Origin: Alphaproteobacteria bacterium
GTDB lineage: Bacteria; Pseudomonadota; Alphaproteobacteria; Micavibrionales; Micavibrionaceae
Length of the DNA: 64,000 nt
Assembly (NCBI GenBank): GCA_018608245.1
Contig: JABAZY010000016.1
Location: 14,428 to 78,427 of the forward strand
Direction of reading: 5' to 3'
Within the stretch, counting starts at the first letter, position 1; every line of letters starts with the position of its first letter. The translations under genes and the position numbers were made by a program. This document shows positions 43,106 through 54,179 of this stretch, piece after piece. The notes beneath the pieces are model-generated. The model saw only the letters and a program-made list of their open reading frames with translations. It did not search any database and was not told the origin of the DNA.

Positions 43106-44005
43106 TTATCTAATAATATCTCTGGGTATAGGCTTCTTACCAGCAATTTGACGCTCCCGCCAGATAATAAAGACATTCGAAGCGATAACGATAACCGCAC
43201 CCGTTAATATGGTTGATGTCGGCCAATCAGACCAAAACATCCAACCAAAGATGGTCGCCCAGATAATCCCTGAATAATTAAACACAGTCACAATGCTGGC
43301 TTCTGCATTTTTATAGGCAATCGAGATTAAAAACTGCGCGAACACACCGCTTAACCCAACGCCCAATAACAAAGGAACCGTCTCCAACGATGGCATAGTC
43401 GCCAAAAATATCATCGGCACACCGGCAACAATTGTGCCTATAAGTACAAAATAAAAGGTCACCGTTTCTGGCTTTTCTGTTTTACCCAATGCGCGCAAAA
43501 TAACCTGTAATAACGCATGTAAAAAGGCTGCACTTAACGCCAATATAACACCTTCCTTGGTAATATTGCCATTGGGGCTAAGCATCACCAGTACACCAAC
43601 AAAACCAATTATAATCGCAGACCACCTTTGTATCCCAACTTTTTCTGCCAAGAATAGAATGCTCAAAATTGGAATAAATAAACTGGAGGTGAATAAAAAC
43701 GCAGTTGTTTCCGCCATCGGCATAACTGAATAAGCTGCAAATGTCACAATCAAACTTATTGTACCCACGATAGAGCGCACAACAATCATTTTAGGTTTAC
43801 TTTGTATCTTTAATATTTGATGCTTCTTAAGCACAAAGATTAAAAAAATAAAGGGCATGACACCAACCAAATTACGATAAAATGCAATTTCTACAACATG
43901 GTGATGCTCACTTAGAATTTTAGCAAAGGTCTGCATAATGGCAAACATGAAAAAGGCCCCTAAGCCCGCCATCATGCCTAAAATATTGTTATCTTGATGC
44001 GCCAT
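43106..44005 (-). CDS. EamA/DMT-family transporter (paralog 1)
   Basis: About 10 TM helices and two EamA repeats. HHVVEIAFYRNL motif shared with paralog 2. The track start at 44044 is a TTG. Confidence 0.8.
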   Translation of the reverse strand: MAHQDNNILGMMAGLGAFFMFAIMQTFAKILSEHHHVVEIAFYRNLVGVMPFIFLIFVLKKHQILKIQSKPKMIVVRSIVGTISLIVTFAAYSVMPMAETTAFLFTSSLFIPILSILFLAEKVGIQRWSAIIIGFVGVLVMLSPNGNITKEGVILALSAAFLHALLQVILRALGKTEKPETVTFYFVLIGTIVAGVPMIFLATMPSLETVPLLLGVGLSGVFAQFLISIAYKNAEASIVTVFNYSGIIWATIFGWMFWSDWPTSTILTGAVIVIASNVFIIWRERQIAGKKPIPRDIIR

Positions 44006-44131
44006 AATACTTGAAAACTCTAAAATAATGGAAATAATTAACAAAAATTATGATATACTAATAGGAGTGCAAAGGATAGCACGCGACAAGCCATAACATT
44101 CATTATTCAAGCAAGAATTGCAGGAGATAAT

Positions 44132-44626
44132 ATGATTGAATTTAACGCCTCTTTTAGATCTGTTGAAGCCAGTGTGACCTCTTATCAAGCATCCCTTCAA
44201 CGTGATGCTGTTGCCCTAAAAATTGGCACAAAGGCACCTGAATCATCTATTCTCAGCAAACAAGAAAATCAAATCGTTGATGATGTCGGCATTTCTGATG
44301 CCGCGGTTAAAAAACTTGAAGAATCACGTGCAGTGAATGAACAATTAAGTGCCTACCTTGATTACTTAAAGGGGCGTAACGATAATGATAACGTCCGCCT
44401 AACTGCTAAAAATAATGATCCCGCCATCACGATTCAAGGTCGTTCTACAAACATAGCAGCCAGCGTGACAGTTGCCAGCTACAAGGAAGAGTCATTAGAC
44501 ATTAATGCCAAATTCGATGATGCAGGAAATTTACAAGAATTATCCATCGATAAAACAACCGTCACCGCCGAGTACGTAAAAGCGGACCTAATTATAGAAG
44601 ACCGTCAATTTTACGCGAGCATTTAA
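44132..44626 (+). CDS. Hypothetical protein
   Basis: 164-aa ORF with no TM helix or signal peptide and no recognisable motif. It lies between two EamA genes on the opposite strand. GGAG lies about 7 nt upstream of the ATG. Confidence 0.45.
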   Translation: MIEFNASFRSVEASVTSYQASLQRDAVALKIGTKAPESSILSKQENQIVDDVGISDAAVKKLEESRAVNEQLSAYLDYLKGRNDNDNVRLTAKNNDPAITIQGRSTNIAASVTVASYKEESLDINAKFDDAGNLQELSIDKTTVTAEYVKADLIIEDRQFYASI

Positions 44627-45561
44627 GCCGATTTAATCTTACGCTCACGCCATAATATAAATAAATTACTAGCGATGATTATTGATGCTCCCAATAATAC
44701 TGAAATTGTTGGTAGACTGTCCCAAAATACCCAACCAAGAAAAACAGCCCATACAACACCTGTATAGGTTAGAGGCGATGTAATTGCAACAGGCGCCAAT
44801 CCGTAACCTTTAGTTTTTGTAAATTGTTGTAAACCGCCCGCTAGCCCTAACACCAATAGTAATAGAATATTTTCTGTTTGAGGCATACCTGTCCAAACAA
44901 ATGGCAAGGCAAGCGCCGTCACAATTGTCCCTATCAGCATATAATAAAAAACTGTGGTTAAGGGGTTTTCTGTTTTTCCTAAATCTCGTAAAAATATCTG
45001 TGTCAGCGCGCTGAAAAAAGCATCAAAGAAAGCAAACACAAACCCAATCATAATAACATCCTGCCCAGACGGATTAACAACCAAAACAACGCCCAGAAAA
45101 CCAACTAACACGGCTAAATACCGAGGCAAGCCAACGCGCTCCTTTAACATTGGAACTGACAATAAAACAATCATCAATGGTGCCATGTAATATAAAGTTG
45201 TGGCCGTTGCGAGTGGTAAAAATGAAATTGACCAAAAGCCACACACAAGCCCTAACGTGCCAATAAAACCACGTTTAAAATGAGCAGAACAACGATTTGT
45301 CTTAATAATATGCCACTTCTTAGAAACAGTTAAATATAGAGTAAATCCAATTAGAACCATAAAATTTCTATAAAATGCGATTTCAATCGGGTGGTGAGTT
45401 TCGCTTAAAAATTTTGCAGCAACACCCATACAAGTTAGGAAAAAAGCACTGCTTAAAACCAAAGCAGAACCTAGTTTAATATTATCTTTATGTACAAATG
45501 AAAAAGGCGACTGGTAAGAGTCGCCTTCTTTTAAATCATCATCTTGAGAAGAGGTCGTCAA
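44623..45561 (-). CDS. EamA/DMT-family transporter (paralog 2), start abutting ilvC stop
   Basis: 312 aa with about 10 TM helices. HHPIEIAFYRNF motif. The only in-frame start before the first TM helix is the TTG at 45561, directly after the ilvC TAA. Confidence 0.78.
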   Translation of the reverse strand: MTTSSQDDDLKEGDSYQSPFSFVHKDNIKLGSALVLSSAFFLTCMGVAAKFLSETHHPIEIAFYRNFMVLIGFTLYLTVSKKWHIIKTNRCSAHFKRGFIGTLGLVCGFWSISFLPLATATTLYYMAPLMIVLLSVPMLKERVGLPRYLAVLVGFLGVVLVVNPSGQDVIMIGFVFAFFDAFFSALTQIFLRDLGKTENPLTTVFYYMLIGTIVTALALPFVWTGMPQTENILLLLVLGLAGGLQQFTKTKGYGLAPVAITSPLTYTGVVWAVFLGWVFWDSLPTISVLLGASIIIASNLFILWRERKIKSA

Positions 45562-46686
<1,125 letters not shown>

Positions 46687-46740
46687 TTAGAAAACCATCA
46701 AACGAACCATAAATCAATAGAAAATCAGGGTAATATAATG

Positions 46741-48027
46741 TTAAAAAGTGATTTTCGTTCCTGCAATAAATGTATGCGATACCACGCCATTATCTGCCGT
46801 TATTTGAGGCAAAATAAGAGGCACGAAACCATCATTAATCATATATTCAAACCCCAATGCCATATTTGGATGAACTTTAACTTCTAGCCCAGCCACACCT
46901 TGTCGCATAACGTGCCATTCATCGTCGCTATCGCCCTGAACGCCCTCGCTATACATTAAAGAGTAAGTCGTTGGGAATTTCCAAATATAATCTAAATAAC
47001 GTGCTTGAAGCGTCAAAGCATGAACATTTGAATCTGTTGCTGGCCACTCATCAACTGTACGGGTAAGTTCTCCCATAAAATCAAAACTACCATAGCTGTA
47101 GCGTCCATTAATATTCCAAGCAGAACTCCATTCACGGTCATTCAAACCAAAGTCTGGCGGATGATGTGCCAATGTGCTGTCATAAATTGTTCCACGAATA
47201 AAACCTGCACCAACTTTAAAGGAATGAATTTCATCAATTTCATGCTCTTTACTGACATTAAACGCAAAGTTTTCCCAACCATCTTTATTGTCTGGCGCAT
47301 TCACAACACGTAAACCACGGTGGCTTTGAATCAAACTTGCGTTTGCCACCCAACCATTATCAACATAACCCAACTCAACCAAAGGACGGCGTGTTTGTGC
47401 CCAAAAATAATGAGAGCTATGATTATGTGTGATCGGCGCATAAGAACTAAAATCACCAAAGGCAACTGATTTTTTACCGTAAGTTAAATACATAGGAAAT
47501 TTATCTAAATCCCCCAAAGTCACCCAATATTTTCGCCACTGTTTTTGATCCTGACCTGGATATTCAACTTCGGTATATTCCCCTTGAGCAAATCCAGTAA
47601 CATAAGGAAGCGTTAGCGTTCCATTGATAGATGCCTCATTTACAACACCATAGCTATCACTGTTTCCACTTGTATGTGTTGGTGGTAAACGCGATAGAAT
47701 AGGAAACTTACCATCCGTATTTGATCTCTCATATATATAAGAGCCAATAAAACGTCCACCAATAACAAATTTATTATCTTCTAATGTGCCGTCTTTACGC
47801 ATTTGTAGCTGCTTTACTGCTTTATCTGTCACATGATTTTGACGATCAAACATAATCTCTGATGCTGGGCGATTAAATCCTATGTGAGGTGGCATACCAT
47901 CATCAATAGACTTTTGAACATCATAAAACGGTGCTTCCCGTGTGTCAGTTTGAGCATGTACTATTTGAATGGAACAAATAGAAACCATACAAAAACACAG
48001 TACATATTTTACAAATTTATACTTCAT
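46741..48027 (-). CDS. Putative outer-membrane beta-barrel (porin-like) protein
   Basis: 428 aa. It has a signal peptide ending VHA-QT, alternating-hydrophobicity strands rich in Tyr/Gly, and a C-terminal ...AGTKITF with terminal Phe. It starts 11 nt after the ilvH stop, with AAAAGG as SD. Confidence 0.65.
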   Translation of the reverse strand: MKYKFVKYVLCFCMVSICSIQIVHAQTDTREAPFYDVQKSIDDGMPPHIGFNRPASEIMFDRQNHVTDKAVKQLQMRKDGTLEDNKFVIGGRFIGSYIYERSNTDGKFPILSRLPPTHTSGNSDSYGVVNEASINGTLTLPYVTGFAQGEYTEVEYPGQDQKQWRKYWVTLGDLDKFPMYLTYGKKSVAFGDFSSYAPITHNHSSHYFWAQTRRPLVELGYVDNGWVANASLIQSHRGLRVVNAPDNKDGWENFAFNVSKEHEIDEIHSFKVGAGFIRGTIYDSTLAHHPPDFGLNDREWSSAWNINGRYSYGSFDFMGELTRTVDEWPATDSNVHALTLQARYLDYIWKFPTTYSLMYSEGVQGDSDDEWHVMRQGVAGLEVKVHPNMALGFEYMINDGFVPLILPQITADNGVVSHTFIAGTKITF

Positions 48028-48038
48028 ATTAAAACCTT

Positions 48039-48596
48039 TTAGTTTGTTTCTGTCCCGCGTGAAATCGCCGCCGTTCCTGTACGACTAATTTCTACAACGC
48101 CTAATGGCTTCATTAAATCAATAAAGGCATCAACCTTATCAATTGAACCAGTTACTTCGAATATAAACGACTCTACTGTAGAATCAACAACACGTGCACG
48201 GAAAATATCCGCAGTTCTGATAGCCTCAATACGATTATCACCACTACAAACAACTTTAATAAGCGCTAATTCACGCCCAACATGTGGTCCTTCAACCGTC
48301 AGGTCATTCACTTTATGAACTGGTACCAAGCGTTCTAACTGATGCTTAATCTGCGTAATAACCTGCGGTGTTCCTGTACTTACAACTGTAATACGTGATA
48401 GATTTTTTTCTTCGTTCGTGCGCGCCACGGTCAAGCTCTCAATATTATATCCACGTCCTGAGAATAATCCAATGACACGGGCTAATACACCCGGTTCATT
48501 CTCAACAACAATAGCCAATGTATGAGGGACTTCCATAACCAACTCTGGCGTTGGTCCGTAAACGCTTTTACTTTTCTTTCTTTTTGCAATTACCAA
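48039..48596 (-). CDS. ilvH: Acetolactate synthase small (regulatory) subunit
   Basis: 185 aa. ACT domain HTLAIVVENEPGVLARVIGLFSGRGYNIESL. TTG start with GGAG 7 nt upstream, 12 nt after the ilvI stop. Confidence 0.9.
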   Translation of the reverse strand: MVIAKRKKSKSVYGPTPELVMEVPHTLAIVVENEPGVLARVIGLFSGRGYNIESLTVARTNEEKNLSRITVVSTGTPQVITQIKHQLERLVPVHKVNDLTVEGPHVGRELALIKVVCSGDNRIEAIRTADIFRARVVDSTVESFIFEVTGSIDKVDAFIDLMKPLGVVEISRTGTAAISRGTETN

Positions 48597-48608
48597 AATA
48601 CTTCTCCC

Positions 48609-50435
48609 TTATACTAATTTTTTATCAAACTGTTTTGCATCAGGAGATAAAATCATTTCATTATGCGCCTTCCCTGATGGAATCATCGGGAAACAATTTT
48701 CTTGCTGACAAACATTTACATCAACAATAGTGACCTTATCCGTCTGCAACATTTGCTCAATCACGTCATCCAATTCATCTGGCGTTGTTGCACGTAAACC
48801 AATACCACCATAAGCTTCGGCAAGCTTCACAAAATCTGGCAAACTTTCTGTATAGCTTTGTGAGTAGCGCTCTCCGTGTAGCAACTCTTGCCACTGACGC
48901 ACCATGCCCATCCATTGATTATTCAGAATAAAGATTTTAACGGGCAAGTTATATTGCACGGCCGTACTCATTTCTTGAATGTTCATAAGGATAGAAGCTT
49001 CACCAGCCACATCAATTACCATACCATCTGGGTTCGCCATTTGCGTACCAACAGCCGCAGGTAAACCATACCCCATTGTCCCCAGACCACCAGAGGTCAT
49101 CCAACGATTAGGTTTGTTAAATGGTAAGAATTGCGCTGCCCACATTTGATGCTGACCAACTTCTGTTGTAATAAAAGTTTCTTGCCCAGTTTTCTTTTCG
49201 TGCTTTTCTAAATGCGCACGCAAACGCTCCAACGCAAATTGCGGCTTGATAATTGTTTTGCTTTTTTTATAACTTAAGCATTTAACCGCACGCCATTCGT
49301 CAATTTTTGACCACCATTTATTAAGCGCATCTTGATCAGCTTTATATTTTTTCTGTTTCCAAACTTTAACCAACGCCTCTAATGCCTGCTCTGCATCCGC
49401 CACAATAGGCAAATCCACCATAATTGTTTTATTAATTGAACTAGGGTCAATATCAATATGAATTTTAGTCGCGTTTGGTGAAAATTTCTTTGTATCCCCT
49501 GTAACACGGTCATCAAAACGCGCCCCAATACAAATCATCACATCACTATCATGCATCGCCCAGTTTGCTTCATAAGTACCATGCATACCAAGCATCCCTA
49601 ACCATTGCTCATCATTGGCTGGATAACACCCAAGGCCCATAAGCGTTGAAGTAATAGGATAACCTGTCATTTGCACAAGCTCAGTCAGTAATTCACTGGC
49701 TCTAGGGCCTGCATTAACAACACCACCGCCTGTGTAGAAAATAGGTCGCTTGGCGTTGGCCAATAATTCAACCGCCGCTTCAATACGCGTCATATCAGGC
49801 TCTGTTTGTGGTTGATACATATGCAATGTTGCATCTGCCTTGCTCACATAATTTCCCTCTGCAAATTGAATATCTTTTGGTAGATCAATCACAACAGGAC
49901 CTGGACGGCCTGTACGCGCTACATGAAATGCTTCATGCATTACATTTGATAGAGAATCAACATCCTTAACTAAATAGTTATGCTTCGTACATGGACGTGT
50001 AATCCCCGTTGTATCTGCTTCTTGGAAAGCATCATTACCAATCAAAAATGTTGGCACTTGCCCTGTAATGCACACAAGTGGAATTGAGTCTAAAAGCGCA
50101 TCTGTCAAACCTGTTACGGCATTTGTAGCACCCGGTCCACTCGTAACCACAACCGCACCAACTTTACCCGTTGAACGTGCATAACCTTCGGCCGCATGTA
50201 CCGCACCTTGTTCGTGACGACATAGAATATGTTTAACTTTGTCTTGTTGAAATAACGCATCATAAATGGGCAGAACTGCCCCCCCTGGATAACCAAAAAT
50301 TGTATCAACGCCTTGCTCTACAAGCGCGTTAATCACCATTTCCGCACCAGACATTGGCTTTGACGCCAATTTAATGTTTGAATCTTTACCAGAAGATTTT
50401 GCGTTTTCTGATTTTTTACTTTTTATTAATGCCAT
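48609..50435 (-). CDS. ilvI: Acetolactate synthase large (catalytic) subunit
   Basis: 608 aa. ThDP motif GGLGTMGYGLPAA...NNQWMGMV and FAD/ThDP-enzyme N-terminal domain IFGYPGGAVLPIYDAL. Confidence 0.93.
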   Translation of the reverse strand: MALIKSKKSENAKSSGKDSNIKLASKPMSGAEMVINALVEQGVDTIFGYPGGAVLPIYDALFQQDKVKHILCRHEQGAVHAAEGYARSTGKVGAVVVTSGPGATNAVTGLTDALLDSIPLVCITGQVPTFLIGNDAFQEADTTGITRPCTKHNYLVKDVDSLSNVMHEAFHVARTGRPGPVVIDLPKDIQFAEGNYVSKADATLHMYQPQTEPDMTRIEAAVELLANAKRPIFYTGGGVVNAGPRASELLTELVQMTGYPITSTLMGLGCYPANDEQWLGMLGMHGTYEANWAMHDSDVMICIGARFDDRVTGDTKKFSPNATKIHIDIDPSSINKTIMVDLPIVADAEQALEALVKVWKQKKYKADQDALNKWWSKIDEWRAVKCLSYKKSKTIIKPQFALERLRAHLEKHEKKTGQETFITTEVGQHQMWAAQFLPFNKPNRWMTSGGLGTMGYGLPAAVGTQMANPDGMVIDVAGEASILMNIQEMSTAVQYNLPVKIFILNNQWMGMVRQWQELLHGERYSQSYTESLPDFVKLAEAYGGIGLRATTPDELDDVIEQMLQTDKVTIVDVNVCQQENCFPMIPSGKAHNEMILSPDAKQFDKKLV

Positions 50436-50469
50436 TCTATTACCTATTCATTTCTTCAAATTTTAGCGT

Positions 50470-50498
50470 AAAAAAAACGCCCCAAATTTTGGAGCGCT
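50470..50498 (-). terminator. Attenuator terminator in the ilvI leader
   Basis: The minus strand reads GCGCUCC-AAAAUUU-GGGGCG followed by eight U (A-run 50470-50477 on the plus strand). It lies 34 nt upstream of the ilvI ATG and 21 nt downstream of the leader-peptide stop. Confidence 0.75.
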
Positions 50499-50519
50499 AA
50501 CCTTAGATCTAACAACGTG

Positions 50520-50597
50520 TTAATCCAGTCGCACTCCCCTTTTAGAGAGAATAACGAGTACCACAAGATTTACAACAATGTTTAAAATGTTCTGCAT
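50520..50597 (-). CDS. ilv leader peptide (25 codons, Ile/Leu/Val-rich)
   Basis: MQNILNIVVNLVVLVILSKRGVRLD. Of residues 4-17, 12 of 14 are I/L/V. This is the 3' portion of the track ORF 50520..50741, whose upstream part overlaps miaA. GGAGUGC within its last codons (50531-50537) can pair with the 5' arm of the terminator. Confidence 0.75.
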   Translation of the reverse strand: MQNILNIVVNLVVLVILSKRGVRLD

Positions 50598-50607
50598 AAA
50601 AATATTA

Positions 50608-51510
50608 TTACAATATTGTTTCGATTTTGGCAATATTTTTATTCTCTTTAATTTGATGCCTAAACCAAGTGACCTGACGCTTCGCATATTGACGGGTTTG
50701 CCCCTGCGCAGATTTAATTGCCTCTTCCTTGGATATTTCACCCTTCAAATAAGCCCGTAAGGCAGGCACACCAAGCGCTTTGGTCAATAAGCAGTTATCC
50801 TTAATCTCTTCTGCCCGTATAGCCTCCTCAAAGGCACCAACCTCTTCCACAGCGCCATTATCCATCATCCAGAAAAAACGCTGATTACAGCGCTCATAAA
50901 GCGTTTCACGCTCTGGCATCACCAATTTAACGTAAAACGTCCATGTATCAGGTGGCCCAACTAAATCCTGCTCTTGCCACACTGACAGACTTTTGCCCGT
51001 TGCCTCCAACACCTCCCAAGCACGAATAATACGTGCCTTATGATCCGCATGAAACCTAGCCGCCATCACAGGATCACGGCGCTTCAGTTCTTCAAAAAAC
51101 GCCTCACGCCCTAATTTTTCATAAGTCTCATTGGCCTGTTGACGAATTTCATCAGGAATATCTGGTATTGGCGATAAACCATAGATAAGCGCATTAATGT
51201 ATAAACCTGATCCACCAACAACAATCGGCGTTTTATCTGCCTCAAGTACTTTCGTGATTAACGGCTCAACCATCTCCCGCCAATTGCCCGCAGAACAATC
51301 ATCATTAGGGTGCAACGCACTATATAATTGATGTGGATGCCCTGCTTGATCCTTCTCAGAAGGCTGCGCCGTTATCATATGAAGCGCATCATAAATCTGC
51401 ATAGAATCCGCATTTATAATCACGCCATTTTCGCGCGTAGCTACATCCAATGCAAAGACGGACTTTCCACTCGCCGTGGGCCCGCCTATAACATGTATTT
51501 TATGCTTCAT
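50608..51510 (-). CDS. miaA: tRNA dimethylallyltransferase
   Basis: 300 aa. P-loop GGPTASGKS, DSMQIY and the conserved YAKRQ(V)TWFR motif. Confidence 0.92.
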   Translation of the reverse strand: MKHKIHVIGGPTASGKSVFALDVATRENGVIINADSMQIYDALHMITAQPSEKDQAGHPHQLYSALHPNDDCSAGNWREMVEPLITKVLEADKTPIVVGGSGLYINALIYGLSPIPDIPDEIRQQANETYEKLGREAFFEELKRRDPVMAARFHADHKARIIRAWEVLEATGKSLSVWQEQDLVGPPDTWTFYVKLVMPERETLYERCNQRFFWMMDNGAVEEVGAFEEAIRAEEIKDNCLLTKALGVPALRAYLKGEISKEEAIKSAQGQTRQYAKRQVTWFRHQIKENKNIAKIETIL

Positions 51511-51518
51511 GGTAAATT

Positions 51519-53051
51519 TTATTTTTTATCAAGCTTCAACGCAACAAAGCGCACATCACCTTCGCGATTGATCAACAACAAGATTGATGAACGTTTATTC
51601 TTACGTGCTTTCTTGATCATATCAACAACGTCTTTTGGTGCTGTCATTTGTGTTTGATTAATCTCAACAATCACATCACCCGCAATAACACCTTTTTCAG
51701 CCGCCGCTCCACGTGGGTCAGATTGTAAAACAAGCACACCCTCAACATCAGCAGGCACATTGAAACGTTTACGCGTAGCAGGTGATAGGCTTTCCAGTGT
51801 TAAACCAAAATCTTCAACCTTTGTTTCATTGCCGTCAATTTTTGGTTCTTCTGGCATATTATCATTACTTGCAAGTAAGCCATCTTCTTCAGCTTTTTCT
51901 AACTCACCAATCGCCACTTTTGCTTTGCGCTCTTTACCATCACGCCAATACTTCAAGGTGACCGCTTTATCAATTGGCGTTTCCGCTACAATACGCGGTA
52001 ACGCACGCATATTTTCAACGTCCTTACCATCAAACTCAGTAATAATGTCACCTGCTTTTAATTCAGCTTTTTCAGCAGGACCGCCCGCAGTAATACTTGC
52101 AACAAGCGCACCACGTGCCTTACCCAGATCCAAGCTCTCCGCAATTTCATCCGTTACCGTTTGAATACGCACACCCAACCAACCGCGACGTGTACGACCA
52201 AATTCAATTAATTGATTAATCGTTGGCACCGCCAAATTAGAAGGAATAGCAAAACCAATTCCAACTGACCCACCAGAAGGTGAAAAAATTGCTGTATTAA
52301 TACCAATCACATCCCCTTCAAGATTAAACATCGGGCCACCAGAATTACCGCGGTTAATCGATGCATCTGTTTGAATAAAGTCATCGTAAGGGCCTGAATT
52401 AATGTCACGTTGACGCGCAGAAACAATACCCGTTGTCACGGTACCACCCAACCCAAATGGGTTACCAATGGCCAGTACCCAATCACCAACACGCATCACA
52501 TCGCTGTTACCAAATGCAACACCTGTCAGCTTTTTCTCTGTGTCTACTTTTAAAACAGCAATATCTGTTTTTTCGTCCAACCCAACAACTTCTGCTTTCA
52601 TTGTTGTATCGTCATAAAAGGTCACACGCACTTCTTCTGCATCGCGGACAACATGATTATTTGTAATGATATAGCCATTTTCACCATCAATAATAAAGCC
52701 TGAGCCCATAGACGTTGGCGGTAAGGCTGGTGGCATAACGCCACCTTGACCACGGTTTAGACCACGTTGATCCATAAATTCTTCAAAGAAATCTTCAAAA
52801 GGAGAACCTTCAGGAAACTGAGGTAGACCAGGAATTGCTTCTTCTGATCTTTCTTCAACTTTTTGTGTTGAGGAAATATTCACAACAGAAGGCAAAAGCT
52901 GTTCTGCCAAATTAGCAAAAGAAGCAGTCGATGTTGTCAACTCATTCAAACTCGTCGCTTTATCGCGTGCATGACTTTGCACGGGTGATAACACGACGGC
53001 CGTAATTGCAAATGAGACAACAAATAAATGACGAAATATTCTTTTGCGCAT
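51519..53051 (-). CDS. degP: Periplasmic serine endoprotease DegP/HtrA family with two PDZ domains
   Basis: 510 aa with a signal peptide. Catalytic His (TNNHVV), Asp (DIAVLK) and Ser (GNSGGPMF), followed by two PDZ-like segments. Confidence 0.9.
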   Translation of the reverse strand: MRKRIFRHLFVVSFAITAVVLSPVQSHARDKATSLNELTTSTASFANLAEQLLPSVVNISSTQKVEERSEEAIPGLPQFPEGSPFEDFFEEFMDQRGLNRGQGGVMPPALPPTSMGSGFIIDGENGYIITNNHVVRDAEEVRVTFYDDTTMKAEVVGLDEKTDIAVLKVDTEKKLTGVAFGNSDVMRVGDWVLAIGNPFGLGGTVTTGIVSARQRDINSGPYDDFIQTDASINRGNSGGPMFNLEGDVIGINTAIFSPSGGSVGIGFAIPSNLAVPTINQLIEFGRTRRGWLGVRIQTVTDEIAESLDLGKARGALVASITAGGPAEKAELKAGDIITEFDGKDVENMRALPRIVAETPIDKAVTLKYWRDGKERKAKVAIGELEKAEEDGLLASNDNMPEEPKIDGNETKVEDFGLTLESLSPATRKRFNVPADVEGVLVLQSDPRGAAAEKGVIAGDVIVEINQTQMTAPKDVVDMIKKARKNKRSSILLLINREGDVRFVALKLDKK

Positions 53052-53145
53052 TCTTAAAAATCCTTTTTACTAATTAATTTTATTCTTAAAATATATATTC
53101 AAAATTTTAATGGCAATAATACGGCAAATTTATGATTAACGCCTA

Positions 53146-54165
53146 TTAACGTCCCTGTTGGAAATGCTTAAAGAAACTACTATTCGGTGATAAAATCAAT
53201 CTTGTTTCATCATCTGCCAGCGTAGTTTTATAAGCTTCCATTGAACGAATAAAGCCATAAAATTCTTTATCTTTGTTAAAGGCATCCGCATAAATTTTAA
53301 TAGCTAACTTATCACCTTCACCACGAAGAATCTGGGCGTCACGGCCAGCATTAGCTAACAACACAGTACGCTCTTTCTCGGCAGTAGCACGAATCTCCTT
53401 AGCGCGCTCCTCACCCTTAGCACGTGTTTCCGTTGCACGCTCTTGAAGTTCAGAAATCATACGACGCACAGTAGAAGTACGAAGCTCTTTCGTCAGATCC
53501 GCACGCACAATACGCACATCAACAATTTCAATACCCAATTTATCTTCTGTGATTTTTCTATTCACGCGGGTTTTAATGTCATTCATCACAAAGGTACGCT
53601 CTGCAGACAATAATTCTTTCAAAGAAGTTTTACCAAGCACCGCACGGGTGGCATCGTTCAAAATATTTTCTAATCGTGAATTTGCAATTGAAATAGTGCC
53701 CAATGTTTTCAAGAATTGTAAAGGATCTGTAATGCTGTAACGTGCAAAACTATCAACAATAATTGGCTCCCCGCTTACGTTCTCTATCTTTGGACGCTCA
53801 ATCACCAATGCTTCTTCACCAGCAACCACTTCTTCTGTTTCCTCAGTAGCCTCAACTTCTGGTTTAGGATTTGCTCTCGCCAACGCACTCTCTTCACGGC
53901 TCATTTCACGCGCAATTGTGGAGCTCGCAATAACAACCTGTGCTGGCGCAGGATCGACAGATAGAATACGTCCATCAAAACGTTTTACTTCTTGTATAAG
54001 CGGAATTTTAAAATGTAAGCCCGGCGTACGCGGCTCTCCAACCGGTTGTCCCAACTGAAGCACAAGCGCTTGCGCTCGCTCATCAACTTTAAACATAGAT
54101 TGTGAAGCAATCAGTACGATCACCGCCACGGCTAATAAAAAGATATTTAATTTATTATTGCTCAT
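53146..54165 (-). CDS. hflC: Protease modulator HflC (SPFH/band-7)
   Basis: 339 aa with an N-terminal TM helix and an SPFH domain. Immediately downstream of hflK. Confidence 0.85.
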   Translation of the reverse strand: MSNNKLNIFLLAVAVIVLIASQSMFKVDERAQALVLQLGQPVGEPRTPGLHFKIPLIQEVKRFDGRILSVDPAPAQVVIASSTIAREMSREESALARANPKPEVEATEETEEVVAGEEALVIERPKIENVSGEPIIVDSFARYSITDPLQFLKTLGTISIANSRLENILNDATRAVLGKTSLKELLSAERTFVMNDIKTRVNRKITEDKLGIEIVDVRIVRADLTKELRTSTVRRMISELQERATETRAKGEERAKEIRATAEKERTVLLANAGRDAQILRGEGDKLAIKIYADAFNKDKEFYGFIRSMEAYKTTLADDETRLILSPNSSFFKHFQQGR

Positions 54166-54179
54166 TTTAATCGTCCTTA

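Noticed and set aside
50520-50741. The full 73-aa ORF as a protein-coding gene.
   Set aside because: Its first ~48 codons overlap the 3' end of miaA in another frame. Only the last 25 codons, from ATG 50597, form a sensible unit: the ILV-rich leader peptide.
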